NCBI GenBank assembly: GCA_965217585.1
Contig: OZ244561.1
Coordinates: forward strand, 3,648,001 to 3,712,000
Source of the DNA: Candidatus Latescibacterota bacterium
Lineage (GTDB): Bacteria > Latescibacterota > UBA2968 > UBA8231
DNA length: 64,000 bases
Reading direction: 5' to 3'
Position numbers and translations under genes: made by a program
Part shown: positions 7,540 through 16,294 of the stretch, in pieces
How positions within the stretch are numbered: the first letter of the stretch is position 1
Layout: every line of letters begins with the position of its first letter
Notes under the pieces: model-generated
Told to the model about the DNA's origin: nothing
Databases searched by the model: none
The model's input: only the letters and a program-made list of their open reading frames with translations

Positions 7540-9672
7540 CTATTCGATCTTGACCATTTTGCGGGTGCGCGTCTGATCGTCCACCTGCAACCGATACACA
7601 TAGACCCCAGCGGCGACGGGTTGACCCTGCGCGTCTCGGCCATCCCAAGTTAGCTGGTGCTCGCCGGCTGGCAGCGGCCCCGTCCACACTTGGCGCATCG
7701 GCTGCCCCAGCATGTTGTAGATGGTTAGGTCCACGTCCTTGGCTCCGGCGGGCACGGCCAAGGGGATGGTTGTGGCGGGATTGAACGGGTTGGGGTAGTT
7801 GGCACCGAGGGTAAAGGTCGTTGGCGTGGATGCCTCGGCGGCTACGGCTGTGGCCGGGGTGCCTTGATTGGTCAAGACGAAGACGCCGCCGTGGCCGCTT
7901 CCGGGACTGGTTCCCAGCACGACCAGATCGGTGTCGCCATCGCCGTTGACATCGCCGGTGAGCACCTGATTGCCCTCGCCGGGCAGGGGATAGTAGCCTT
8001 CGAAGGCGGGTAATCCATTGCGCTGGCCGAGCCACACCACCAGCGCCGGACCGACGGGCAAGTTGCCAGCGACCATGGCCACATCTAGGAGTCCATCGCC
8101 GTTGAGGTCGCTGGCGGTGGCTATGTGCGACGAGAGGGCCTTCCAGTCGAGCAAGGAATGGCGTGTCCACTCGCCGGAGGCGTTCAGACGCCACAGAGCC
8201 AAGCCGTAGTCGTCGGTGCCGAAGTTCGTCTCTATGCGCTCGGGGGAGCCGAGTAGGTCCACCGTCCCATCGCCATCGAAGTCGGCCAGCAGGTGCAGGG
8301 CGGAGGGATGGACCGGAGCTTCTACAGCGAGCGGCGGTTCCTGAACGGCTGCCCACGGCCGGGTCAATTGCCAGGATTGGGGCTTGCAGAGTCGCTGCCC
8401 GCAGGGTCGGAACCACAACAGGCTGGCGGCTTCGCCGAGGGGTTGCCCGGCGGGTAGGAAGGGATAGAAGCGCTTCTCCTCGCTGTCGAGGACGAATCTA
8501 TCGCTACTGACAAAGCCGTAGCCGTCGTTGATCCACAAGGTCACGTAATACGATACGCCGTCATACTCCATGACTACGAGATCCGCATCGCCGTCGCCCT
8601 CGCCATCGGCCAAGCCAAGGAGCCAGACCTCGGACAGTTGCAGGATCGGATCAAATTCGTCGCCCCAGTTGTACCATACTTCGACACTCCGGCCTTCATT
8701 AACGACCAGATCCAGGAGTCCATCGCCGTCGAAGTCGCTTCCTCGCAGGGCAATGAGTGGAATGGAGACACGAGAGTATGTGGATACGGTTGAGAGGGAG
8801 ATCTCTTGAGTAGGTTCAAAGCGGCCTAGCCCGTCGTTGGACGCCACGATCCAGCCCACTTGTACTCTTTGTGTTTTGAGGTCTATGTAGCGGTCCCAGG
8901 CCACCACGAGATCCGCATCGCCATCGCCGTCCACGTCGCCGACCGCGCCGCGCGAGTCATCCGGCCAGTCTGGAGAGCCGATAGGCCCTCCGAAGGAGAA
9001 AAAGTCGGGCGCGGCGAACAACGTGCCGGGCGGTCCTACTTCCACCGCGATATCCCTAGGCGACAATTCTCCCTGCGCCAACTCTTCGGCCCCGGTTAGC
9101 TGGATCCTGTCTATTTCTAAAAACGTTGGAGGGTTATCTAGCTCCTGAGAGCGCTCATATAAGAACATGGTTATATGAAAATTAAAGAGGGTATCCTGCC
9201 AGGTGACCGCCCGCTCTGGGTCTGCTGCCAAGGCGCGTAGATCTACGGTGATGTCTTCCCATTCGAGGGGATAGGATTGAGGACGTTCCGAACGAAATCT
9301 CGCTCTATTTACGCTATAGTCAGTGCGGCGACTGTACTTGACATTGGACCAGTGCATCCAGAAGAACCCCTCGATGGGGCTATGGTGTATGAGGCGCAGC
9401 CGTAGGGTGAGGCGGTCGAACAGGGCCGAGTCTTCGCCGATTGACGGCGAGCGCAATTGAACTTTGGGTCTTTGATCAGGCACTAGCGCCATGCGCCAGA
9501 CGCCATCGACGACTTCGCTGTGTAGTGGGGCGTTAGTGCCTTCTACATTGACATTAATAGTAGTTGCCCGGGCGGTCCAGCCCCAAGTGGAGCCGTCGGC
9601 GAAATCCCACGTTAGGGCGACCGCTCCGCGTGGAGCGACCAACAGTAGAATTACAAAGAGCGTATAGCGCAT
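7540..9672 (-). CDS. Secreted FG-GAP repeat protein with T9SS/FlgD-Ig-like CTD
   Basis: Start reassigned to ATG 9672 (MRYTLFVILLLVAPRGAVALTWDF); same architecture as the other paralogs. Confidence 0.92.
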   Translation of the reverse strand: MRYTLFVILLLVAPRGAVALTWDFADGSTWGWTARATTINVNVEGTNAPLHSEVVDGVWRMALVPDQRPKVQLRSPSIGEDSALFDRLTLRLRLIHHSPIEGFFWMHWSNVKYSRRTDYSVNRARFRSERPQSYPLEWEDITVDLRALAADPERAVTWQDTLFNFHITMFLYERSQELDNPPTFLEIDRIQLTGAEELAQGELSPRDIAVEVGPPGTLFAAPDFFSFGGPIGSPDWPDDSRGAVGDVDGDGDADLVVAWDRYIDLKTQRVQVGWIVASNDGLGRFEPTQEISLSTVSTYSRVSIPLIALRGSDFDGDGLLDLVVNEGRSVEVWYNWGDEFDPILQLSEVWLLGLADGEGDGDADLVVMEYDGVSYYVTLWINDGYGFVSSDRFVLDSEEKRFYPFLPAGQPLGEAASLLWFRPCGQRLCKPQSWQLTRPWAAVQEPPLAVEAPVHPSALHLLADFDGDGTVDLLGSPERIETNFGTDDYGLALWRLNASGEWTRHSLLDWKALSSHIATASDLNGDGLLDVAMVAGNLPVGPALVVWLGQRNGLPAFEGYYPLPGEGNQVLTGDVNGDGDTDLVVLGTSPGSGHGGVFVLTNQGTPATAVAAEASTPTTFTLGANYPNPFNPATTIPLAVPAGAKDVDLTIYNMLGQPMRQVWTGPLPAGEHQLTWDGRDAQGQPVAAGVYVYRLQVDDQTRTRKMVKIE

Positions 9673-9697
9673 AGTTTTTCTCCAGCGGTCGGCTCGC

Positions 9698-11797
9698 TTA
9701 TTCGATTTTGACCATTTTGCGGGCGTGTATCTGCTCGTCCACCTGCAACCGATACAAATAGACTCCGGCGGCGACGGCTCGGCCCTGCGCGTCGTGGCCA
9801 TCCCAAGTTAGCTGGTGCTTGCCGGCGGCCAGCGGCCCCGTCCACACGTGGCGGATCGGCTGCCCCAAGACATTGTAGATGGTTAAGTCCACGTTCTTGG
9901 CTCCGGCGGGCACGGCCAAGGGGATGGTCGTGGCGGGATTGAATGGGTTGGGATAGTTGGCACCCAAAGCAAAGGTCGTTGGCGTGGCTGCCGTCTCGCT
10001 GGTCACGGCGGTGGCCGGGGTGCCTTGGTTGGTCAAGACGAAGACGCCGCCGTGGCTGCTTTCGGGACTCATTCCCAGCACGACCAGATCGGTGTCGCCA
10101 TCGCCGTTGACATCGCCGGTGAGCGCTTGACTGCCTTCGCCTGGGAGGGGGTAGTAGCCTTCGAGGACGGGCGCGCCGTTGCGCTGGCCGAGCAACACCA
10201 TCAGTGCCGGACCGATGGTCGAGTTGCCAGCGACTAGGGTCACATCCAGCACGCCATCGCCGTTGAGGTCGCTGGCGGTGGTCACTGGTGAGAGCACCCT
10301 CCAGTCGAGCAAGGAATGGCGTGTCCACTCGCCGGAGGCGTCCAGACGCCACAGGGCCAAGCCGTGATTGACGACACCCAAGAACGTCTCTATGCGCTCG
10401 GGGGAGCCGAGTAGGTCCACCGTCCCATCGCCATCGAGGTCGGCCAGCAGGTGCAGGTCACAGGGATTGACCGGGGCTTCGAAAAAGAGCGGCGGTTCTT
10501 GGACGGCCGCCCACGGCCGGGTCAGTTGCCAAAAGTCTTGGGGCTGATAGCAGGGTCGCATCCACAACAGGCCCGCGGCTTCGCCCAAGGGTTGTCCGGC
10601 GGGCAGCCAGGGGAAGCGCGCCTCCTCGCTGTCGAGGACGAAGGTATCGCTGTGGACAAAGTCGTAGCCGTCGTTGGTCCACAGGCTCACTTGGGACGCA
10701 GTGTCGGAGACCAACAGGTCCACATTGCCGTCGCCGTCGCCATCGGCCAAGCCAACGAGCCAGACATCGGACAGTTGCAGGGTAGGATCAAAGCCGCCGC
10801 CCCAGTTGTACCACAGTTTGACGGTCAGGCCTTTGCCAACGGCCAGATCTAGGAGTCCATCGCCGTCGAAGTCGCTTCCCCACAGGTCCATGATTGAAAA
10901 GGAGTCAAAGAAGGATGTGTAGGTTGAGAGGATGACCTCTTGAGTGGGTTCAAAGCGGCCTAGCCCGTCGTTGGACGCCACCGTCCAGCCCTGTTGTCTT
11001 TCGCCATCCACGAGGCGGGTCCAGAGTACCACGAGATCCGCATCGCCATCGCCATCCACGTCGCCCACCACGCCTTGCGCTTTTTCCCAATAGCCGCCTG
11101 GGAAGCCGACGGTCCCACCGAGGGGGAAAAAGTCGGGTTCGGCGAACAAGGTGCCGGGCGGCTCCAACTCCACCGCGAGATCCCCAGGCGACAATTCTCC
11201 CTGCGCTAACTCTTCGGCTCCCGTTAGCTGGATCCAGTCTATTTCTAAAAACTTTGGATGGTTGTCCACGTCTTGCGAGTCCCGATATAACATCATGTCT
11301 ATACGAAAAATGAAAAGGGTATCCTGCCAGGTGATCGCCCATTCTGTATCTGCTTCTGCCAAGGCGCGTAGATCTACGGTGATGTCTTCCCATTCGATGG
11401 GATAGGGTTGAAGACGTCCCGTAGCAAATACTCCTCTTGTGTCAGAGGGAGGGCGACGTCTGTTCTCGGCATTGGACCAGCTCATAAGGAAGTCCCCCTC
11501 GGTAGGACTATGGTGTATGAGGCGCAGCCGAAGGGTGAGGCGGTCGAACAGGGCCGAGTCTTTGCCGATCCACGGCGAGCGCAATTGAACGGTGGGTCTG
11601 CGTCCAGGCACGGGCGCAATGCGCCAGACGCCATCGACGACTTCGCTGTGTAATGGCTCTCTACTACCTCTTGCATTGCTATAATCACCTTCCCGGGCGG
11701 TCCAGCCATAGGTGGAGCCGTCGGAGAAATCCCACGTTAGGGCAACCGCTCCGCGTGGAGCGACCAACAATAGAACTGCAAAGAGCATGTAGCGCAT
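9698..11797 (-). CDS. Secreted FG-GAP repeat protein with T9SS/FlgD-Ig-like CTD
   Basis: 699 aa paralog; first gene of the array in transcription order. Confidence 0.92.
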   Translation of the reverse strand: MRYMLFAVLLLVAPRGAVALTWDFSDGSTYGWTAREGDYSNARGSREPLHSEVVDGVWRIAPVPGRRPTVQLRSPWIGKDSALFDRLTLRLRLIHHSPTEGDFLMSWSNAENRRRPPSDTRGVFATGRLQPYPIEWEDITVDLRALAEADTEWAITWQDTLFIFRIDMMLYRDSQDVDNHPKFLEIDWIQLTGAEELAQGELSPGDLAVELEPPGTLFAEPDFFPLGGTVGFPGGYWEKAQGVVGDVDGDGDADLVVLWTRLVDGERQQGWTVASNDGLGRFEPTQEVILSTYTSFFDSFSIMDLWGSDFDGDGLLDLAVGKGLTVKLWYNWGGGFDPTLQLSDVWLVGLADGDGDGNVDLLVSDTASQVSLWTNDGYDFVHSDTFVLDSEEARFPWLPAGQPLGEAAGLLWMRPCYQPQDFWQLTRPWAAVQEPPLFFEAPVNPCDLHLLADLDGDGTVDLLGSPERIETFLGVVNHGLALWRLDASGEWTRHSLLDWRVLSPVTTASDLNGDGVLDVTLVAGNSTIGPALMVLLGQRNGAPVLEGYYPLPGEGSQALTGDVNGDGDTDLVVLGMSPESSHGGVFVLTNQGTPATAVTSETAATPTTFALGANYPNPFNPATTIPLAVPAGAKNVDLTIYNVLGQPIRHVWTGPLAAGKHQLTWDGHDAQGRAVAAGVYLYRLQVDEQIHARKMVKIE

Positions 11798-11814
11798 AAG
11801 ACTGCCTCCAGAGT

Positions 11815-11979
11815 TTTTGGTCGTTTTGACGCCCTGTTAGGTTGAGATACTTGCACGTTCCGTGCCAAATATCAGACCACGCATAAAAAAATCCTTCAGG
11901 AGTATCCTAAAGGATTGAAAATATAGTAGTTAAAAGCGTGAATTTATTTTTCTAGGCGTTGCGCCTGCCGTCGTTGCAA
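11815..11979. repeat. ~165-bp duplicated upstream region, copy 2
   Basis: Near-identical to 7254-7418. Confidence 0.9.
11851..11867 (-). promoter_or_regulatory. sigma-54 (-24/-12) promoter upstream of 9698..11797
   Basis: Minus strand reads TGGCACGGAACGTGCAA, i.e. GG-N10-GC. Confidence 0.75.
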
Positions 11980-11998
11980 TTAGACATGTGAAAAATTT

Positions 11999-12052
11999 CG
12001 TATTAAATACGAATCTTCCGTATTAGATACGATTTTTCCCGTATTAAATACG
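11999..12052. promoter_or_regulatory. Triple palindrome CGTATTA(A/G)ATACG (putative enhancer/UAS)
   Basis: Copies at 11999-12011, 12019-12031 and 12040-12052; 20/21-bp spacing. Confidence 0.65.
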
Positions 12053-12115
12053 ATCTGGCTGCGGTCCCTCCTTTTTTAAAGAATCGGTCGCCGAGCGCAT
12101 AGTCCCCCTACATCC

Positions 12116-15022
12116 TCACAGCACTTTGACCGGCGTCAGCCAATTGTCGCGCGCAGCCGACGCCGCTGCAATCGCATCTGCCGACCCCAACACCGCAACC
12201 CGGCCCGTTGCGCCGACTTGGTCCAGCACGGCGGCAAAATCCGCAAAGTGCTCGGCCTTGGTGCCCAGGACTTGGTCGCGCATTTGCTGGCGATAGTCGT
12301 CGTCGATGCCGGTCAGGTAGCGCATCAGCGAGGCGTAGCCCTTGGCGTCGGGTAGCTGGTAGGCGTCGAAATCGCCGATGGTGCCGATGATGGCTTTGGT
12401 CAGCTCGTCGCTGCTGATCGGATAGTCGCGCAAGAAGGATCCGCTCTGGTCGTACACTTGCAGCGTCTCCAGCAAGTTGGGGTCGCGGTAAGACGCGTAC
12501 GCGAACACTCCGGTAAATGGGTCGAGGGAGCAAAAGGCCCCGTAGGCCCCCCCTTGGACTCGCACCCGATCCCAGAGCCAAGTGGTGGCCAAGTAGCGCG
12601 TGATGACGGCCGACGACCCGTCCAATTCGTAGCCGAGCGCGAAGATGTTGGCCGCCTTGCCCACGTAGTTGACCTGCGCGGGGACGGTCAGGCCCTCGTC
12701 GGCCGCCGTCAGATGCGGCGTCCAAGTCGCGGGCGAGTGCGCTTCTTGGGGCAGCTCGCGCAACAGCGCCGCTAGGCTCTGGTCGCACGCGGCGCGGTCG
12801 TCGCTGGTCGCGTTGCAGAGCATGCCCGGCCGGTTGACCAACAGGCTGCGGATCTGCTCAAGCCGCGCCTGCACCGCCGGCCAGTCGCGGCGGATGTCTT
12901 CGATGAGCTGCCGCAAGAAGAACAGATAGCTCAAGCCGCGCATCTGCTCTGCGAGCCAGCCGGTCTCGTCGAATTGCGCTCGCAGCCGCGTTGATACCAC
13001 CCGGTGCCCGCCCGGCACCAGCCCGGCCTCCGCGCTGGCCCGCTCTTCTAAGGCCATCTGCAAGAAGCGCTCGCGATCGTCGAGGCGGCCCTCTAGCAGC
13101 ACGTCGCGCACAATCGCCGTCAGGTCGGCGACCCGTTCGACCATGGCCTTGCCGCGCAAAAAGAGGTACGCCGCGGCCGGCCCGCCGCCGAGGCGCGGGC
13201 TCACCAGCGAATGGGCACTCAGGCCGCCGGTCTGGCTGCCGATCCGCTGTTGTAGCTCGACGAAGCTCATGCGTTGGGTGCCCATCTCCAGCAGGGCGCG
13301 CCCAAAGAGCGGGATATAGGGCAAAAGCTCTTGGGGCAACACGCGCAGATTGCAGCCCACGTCGAGATAGGCGATGCCATTGGTAAAGAGGTCGTGGTGG
13401 AGCACCGGCACCCCGGCAATTTGGTCTTCTTGCCGAGGCACGGTCTTGATCGCGGCGTTGAGGTCGCGCAATTGCAGGCGGGGCAGCTTGGCCAAGTCCT
13501 CGGGTGCGTCGGGTTGCTCTTGCAGGTGCTTGAGCTTTTCGGTGGATGCGACCAATTCCTCTAAATCCGCGTGGCTCATGCGCTCACGGGCCTCTGCTAG
13601 GCGCGTAGTCTCTTCCTCCTCCAGCCGCGTCCCCAGCTTGGCATCGGGCTGGAGGATCACGGTCGTGCGGTGCTCGTTGTCTAGGAGGTGGCGTTGGATT
13701 AGCTCCTCTAGATAACGGTCGTCCGCCGCTAACTTGGCCTTGAGCGCGGCGAATGAGTCGGCAAAGCGCAAGGGCGTAAAGGGGTTGCGGTCGTAGAGCC
13801 AGTCGGTCAACAGCCGCAGCATCAGCCCCAAGCCGCGCGGGAAAGACCCGGTGTTGTTTTCCCGCAACCGGAATTCCGCGGTGTGCAGCGAGGCCGCGAC
13901 CATTCCTTGGTCAATTCCGCCGTCCGCGAGGTCGCCGAGGTGCTGCAAGATCAGGGCCTCGACCGCATCGATATCGCCCTGTTGCACGCCCTTGAGGCCC
14001 ACGCTGAAGAACATCTGCGCCAACTCGATCTCCAGCCCGCTACTGGTCAGATCCTCGCCCAGCCCGGAGTCGATCAGGGCTTTGCGCAGCGGAGATCCCG
14101 GGGTGCCGAGCAGCGCGTGTTCAAGCACCTGGAGGGCACGGCGCTCGTCGGCGTCAATCTCGTCTTGCAACAGCCAGGTGAGCGAGACAAAGCACTTCGG
14201 CTCTTCGACCGCGTCCCGATCGACCGCATAGGGAAATTGCTGCTGCTTGGGCGCGGTAAAGCGCGGCTGGGTCCCGATGGTAGAGTCAACGGAATGCGCC
14301 TCGTAGTCGCTGAGATAGTCGTGCAAAAGCGCGAGGCGTTGCTGGGGATCGTCGTCGCCGTAGAAGTAGATACGAGCGTTGGATGGGTGGTAAAAGTCAT
14401 CGTGGAAGCGCTTGAACTGGTCAAAGCTGAGGGCCGGGATATCGCGCGGATCGCCGCCGGAATCCACGCCGTAGGTGGTGTCGGGGAAGATGGATTGCTG
14501 GGTGCGCTCGGCTAGGATCCGCTCGGGGTCGGAGTACGCGCCCTTCATTTCGTTGAAGACCACGCCTTTGTAGCGCAGCGGGTCGCCAGTGTCTGCTAGC
14601 TCGTAGTGCCAGCCTTCCTGTTGCAGGACTTCTGGCGTGAGGCGCGGGTAGAAGACCGCGTCGAGATACACGTCGATCAGGTTGTAGAAATCCTGCAAGT
14701 TGGTGCTGGCGACCGGGTAGCAGGTTTTGTCTGGATAGGTGAAGGCGTTGAGGAAGGTGTTGAGCGAGCCTTTGATCAGCTCGACAAACGGCTCCTTGAC
14801 CGGGTACTTGCGCGAGCCGCACAGCACGGAGTGTTCGAGGATGTGGGCAATGCCGGTCGAGTCGGCTGGCGGGGTGCGGAAGTTGATGCCAAAGACCTTG
14901 TTCTCGTCGTCGTTGATCAGCGAGACAATTTCGCAGCCGGTGCGGTGCCGGTAGAGTAAGGCGCGGGTATTGAGCTCGGGGATTTCTTCGTCGCGCAGCA
15001 GTTCAAAATCGCGGCGATTCAT
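12116..15022 (-). CDS. M16C (presequence protease/insulinase family) zinc metallopeptidase
   Basis: Inverted zincin motif HILEH in GIAHILEHSVLCGSRKYP, plus FLNAFTYPDKT, GVVFNEMKG and VRVQGGAYG. Start at ATG 15022 after GGAG. Confidence 0.95.
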   Translation of the reverse strand: MNRRDFELLRDEEIPELNTRALLYRHRTGCEIVSLINDDENKVFGINFRTPPADSTGIAHILEHSVLCGSRKYPVKEPFVELIKGSLNTFLNAFTYPDKTCYPVASTNLQDFYNLIDVYLDAVFYPRLTPEVLQQEGWHYELADTGDPLRYKGVVFNEMKGAYSDPERILAERTQQSIFPDTTYGVDSGGDPRDIPALSFDQFKRFHDDFYHPSNARIYFYGDDDPQQRLALLHDYLSDYEAHSVDSTIGTQPRFTAPKQQQFPYAVDRDAVEEPKCFVSLTWLLQDEIDADERRALQVLEHALLGTPGSPLRKALIDSGLGEDLTSSGLEIELAQMFFSVGLKGVQQGDIDAVEALILQHLGDLADGGIDQGMVAASLHTAEFRLRENNTGSFPRGLGLMLRLLTDWLYDRNPFTPLRFADSFAALKAKLAADDRYLEELIQRHLLDNEHRTTVILQPDAKLGTRLEEEETTRLAEARERMSHADLEELVASTEKLKHLQEQPDAPEDLAKLPRLQLRDLNAAIKTVPRQEDQIAGVPVLHHDLFTNGIAYLDVGCNLRVLPQELLPYIPLFGRALLEMGTQRMSFVELQQRIGSQTGGLSAHSLVSPRLGGGPAAAYLFLRGKAMVERVADLTAIVRDVLLEGRLDDRERFLQMALEERASAEAGLVPGGHRVVSTRLRAQFDETGWLAEQMRGLSYLFFLRQLIEDIRRDWPAVQARLEQIRSLLVNRPGMLCNATSDDRAACDQSLAALLRELPQEAHSPATWTPHLTAADEGLTVPAQVNYVGKAANIFALGYELDGSSAVITRYLATTWLWDRVRVQGGAYGAFCSLDPFTGVFAYASYRDPNLLETLQVYDQSGSFLRDYPISSDELTKAIIGTIGDFDAYQLPDAKGYASLMRYLTGIDDDYRQQMRDQVLGTKAEHFADFAAVLDQVGATGRVAVLGSADAIAAASAARDNWLTPVKVL

Positions 15023-15094
15023 TGCGTCTCCTTTGCGGTTTAGTACGGGCAAACTAGCGGGCAAACATATTGGCGGCGCGGATTTTTATCAAAT

Positions 15095-15122
15095 GTAGGG
15101 GCGACCGGCCGGTCGCCCCTAC
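15095..15122. repeat. Perfect 28-bp palindrome, GTAG-type REP-like
   Basis: gtaggggcgaccggccggtcgcccctac is its own reverse complement; lies in the intergenic gap after anmK. Confidence 0.75.
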
Positions 15123-15127
15123 GCGGT

Positions 15128-16288
15128 TCACGGCAGGGCGATTTTGCCGAGGACGACCGGGCGCTGTGCGCGGGTGGCGGCCGGGATATTGCCGGTGCGG
15201 CCCATCAGCGTCTCGTTGGCCAGTACCGCAAAGGCGAGGGCCTCGCGCGCGTCTGGATCGACGCCCAGTTCGGCCAGTGACTGCACCGCTAAGCCCGGCA
15301 GCGCGTGGCGCAACCCCGCCATAATGCGCGGATTGTGGACGCCGCCGCCGCCGACCCAGAGCTTGGCAAACTCTCCAGGGCAGAAGCGGCGAATGCCCTC
15401 GGCAATGGATTGCACGGTAAAGGCGGTTAGCGTGGCGATCAGGTCGTCGTCTTTCCACGTACCGCGCCGGAGGATATCCGCGAGGAACGGCTCGCCAAAT
15501 TCCTCGCGCCCCGTGGACTTGGGCGGCTCGCGCTGTAAGAAGCTGGTGCGCATCAGCTCGGTCAACAGGGCTTCATCGACGCGCCCCCACGCCGCCCGCG
15601 CGCCTCCGCGGTCGAAGTGCTCGCGGCCGTTGGTGCAGTGCGCCACGGCCGCATCGATGAGCATGTTGCCCGGTCCTAGGTCAAAGGCCCGTATTGCGCT
15701 GGTATCGGCGTTGGGCGGCAAGGCCGTGACGTTGGCGATCCCACCGATATTGAGCAGCAGACGCCCCTCGTGCCGATGGGCAAAGAGCAGGTGATCTACT
15801 AGTGGCACTAGCGGTGCGCCCTCGCCGCCGACCGCCATGTCGGCCGCGCGAAAGTCCGCGATGGTCACCGCGCCCGTGCGCGCAGCAATGACGGCTGGCT
15901 CGCCAATCTGCAAAGTGGCCCCGCTGGCCGGCAGGTGGCGCACGGTCTGCCCGTGCGAGCCGATCAGGTCGATGGTTTCGGGACTGAGCTTGGCCTGCTC
16001 GGCCGCGGCTAGGGCTGCTGTTGCAAAAGCCTCGCCGAGGGCAAAGTTGACCCGGCATAGCGCGTCGAGCGAAGCATCCTCAGCGAAGAGGGCGAATACC
16101 TCGCGTCGCAAGGCGCTGGGCAGCGGCGTGGTCTCGAAGGACAAGATCTCGTAGCGCGTAGATTCGCCGCTGCCCCACAGATCGACTAGCACGGCGTCGA
16201 TCCCGTCGGCCGAGGTCCCGGACATCAGTCCCACAACCCGCCGTCGCTCCTTGGCGGCCAGTTCCGCCAGCTTCAACTGCGCGGGCAT
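15128..16288 (-). CDS. anmK: Anhydro-N-acetylmuramic acid kinase
   Basis: GLMSGTSADGID, IGSHGQTV, DFRAADMAVGGEGAPLVP, NIGGIAN, GPGN, PPKSTGRE. Confidence 0.97.
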   Translation of the reverse strand: MPAQLKLAELAAKERRRVVGLMSGTSADGIDAVLVDLWGSGESTRYEILSFETTPLPSALRREVFALFAEDASLDALCRVNFALGEAFATAALAAAEQAKLSPETIDLIGSHGQTVRHLPASGATLQIGEPAVIAARTGAVTIADFRAADMAVGGEGAPLVPLVDHLLFAHRHEGRLLLNIGGIANVTALPPNADTSAIRAFDLGPGNMLIDAAVAHCTNGREHFDRGGARAAWGRVDEALLTELMRTSFLQREPPKSTGREEFGEPFLADILRRGTWKDDDLIATLTAFTVQSIAEGIRRFCPGEFAKLWVGGGGVHNPRIMAGLRHALPGLAVQSLAELGVDPDAREALAFAVLANETLMGRTGNIPAATRAQRPVVLGKIALP

Positions 16289-16294
16289 CGCTAA

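Noticed and set aside
7391-8416. Long alternate-frame and antisense ORFs (e.g. 7391..8416, 9651..10352, 17557..18582, 19194..20090, 31654..32394, 40114..41061)
   Set aside because: Shadow ORFs of GC-rich genes: Arg/Pro/Gly-rich, no motifs, fully overlapping well-supported CDSs.
1-11797. Diversity-generating retroelement explaining the paralog variation
   Set aside because: No reverse transcriptase, Avd or TR/VR pair in the window; differences include indels and all base types and are spread over many loops.
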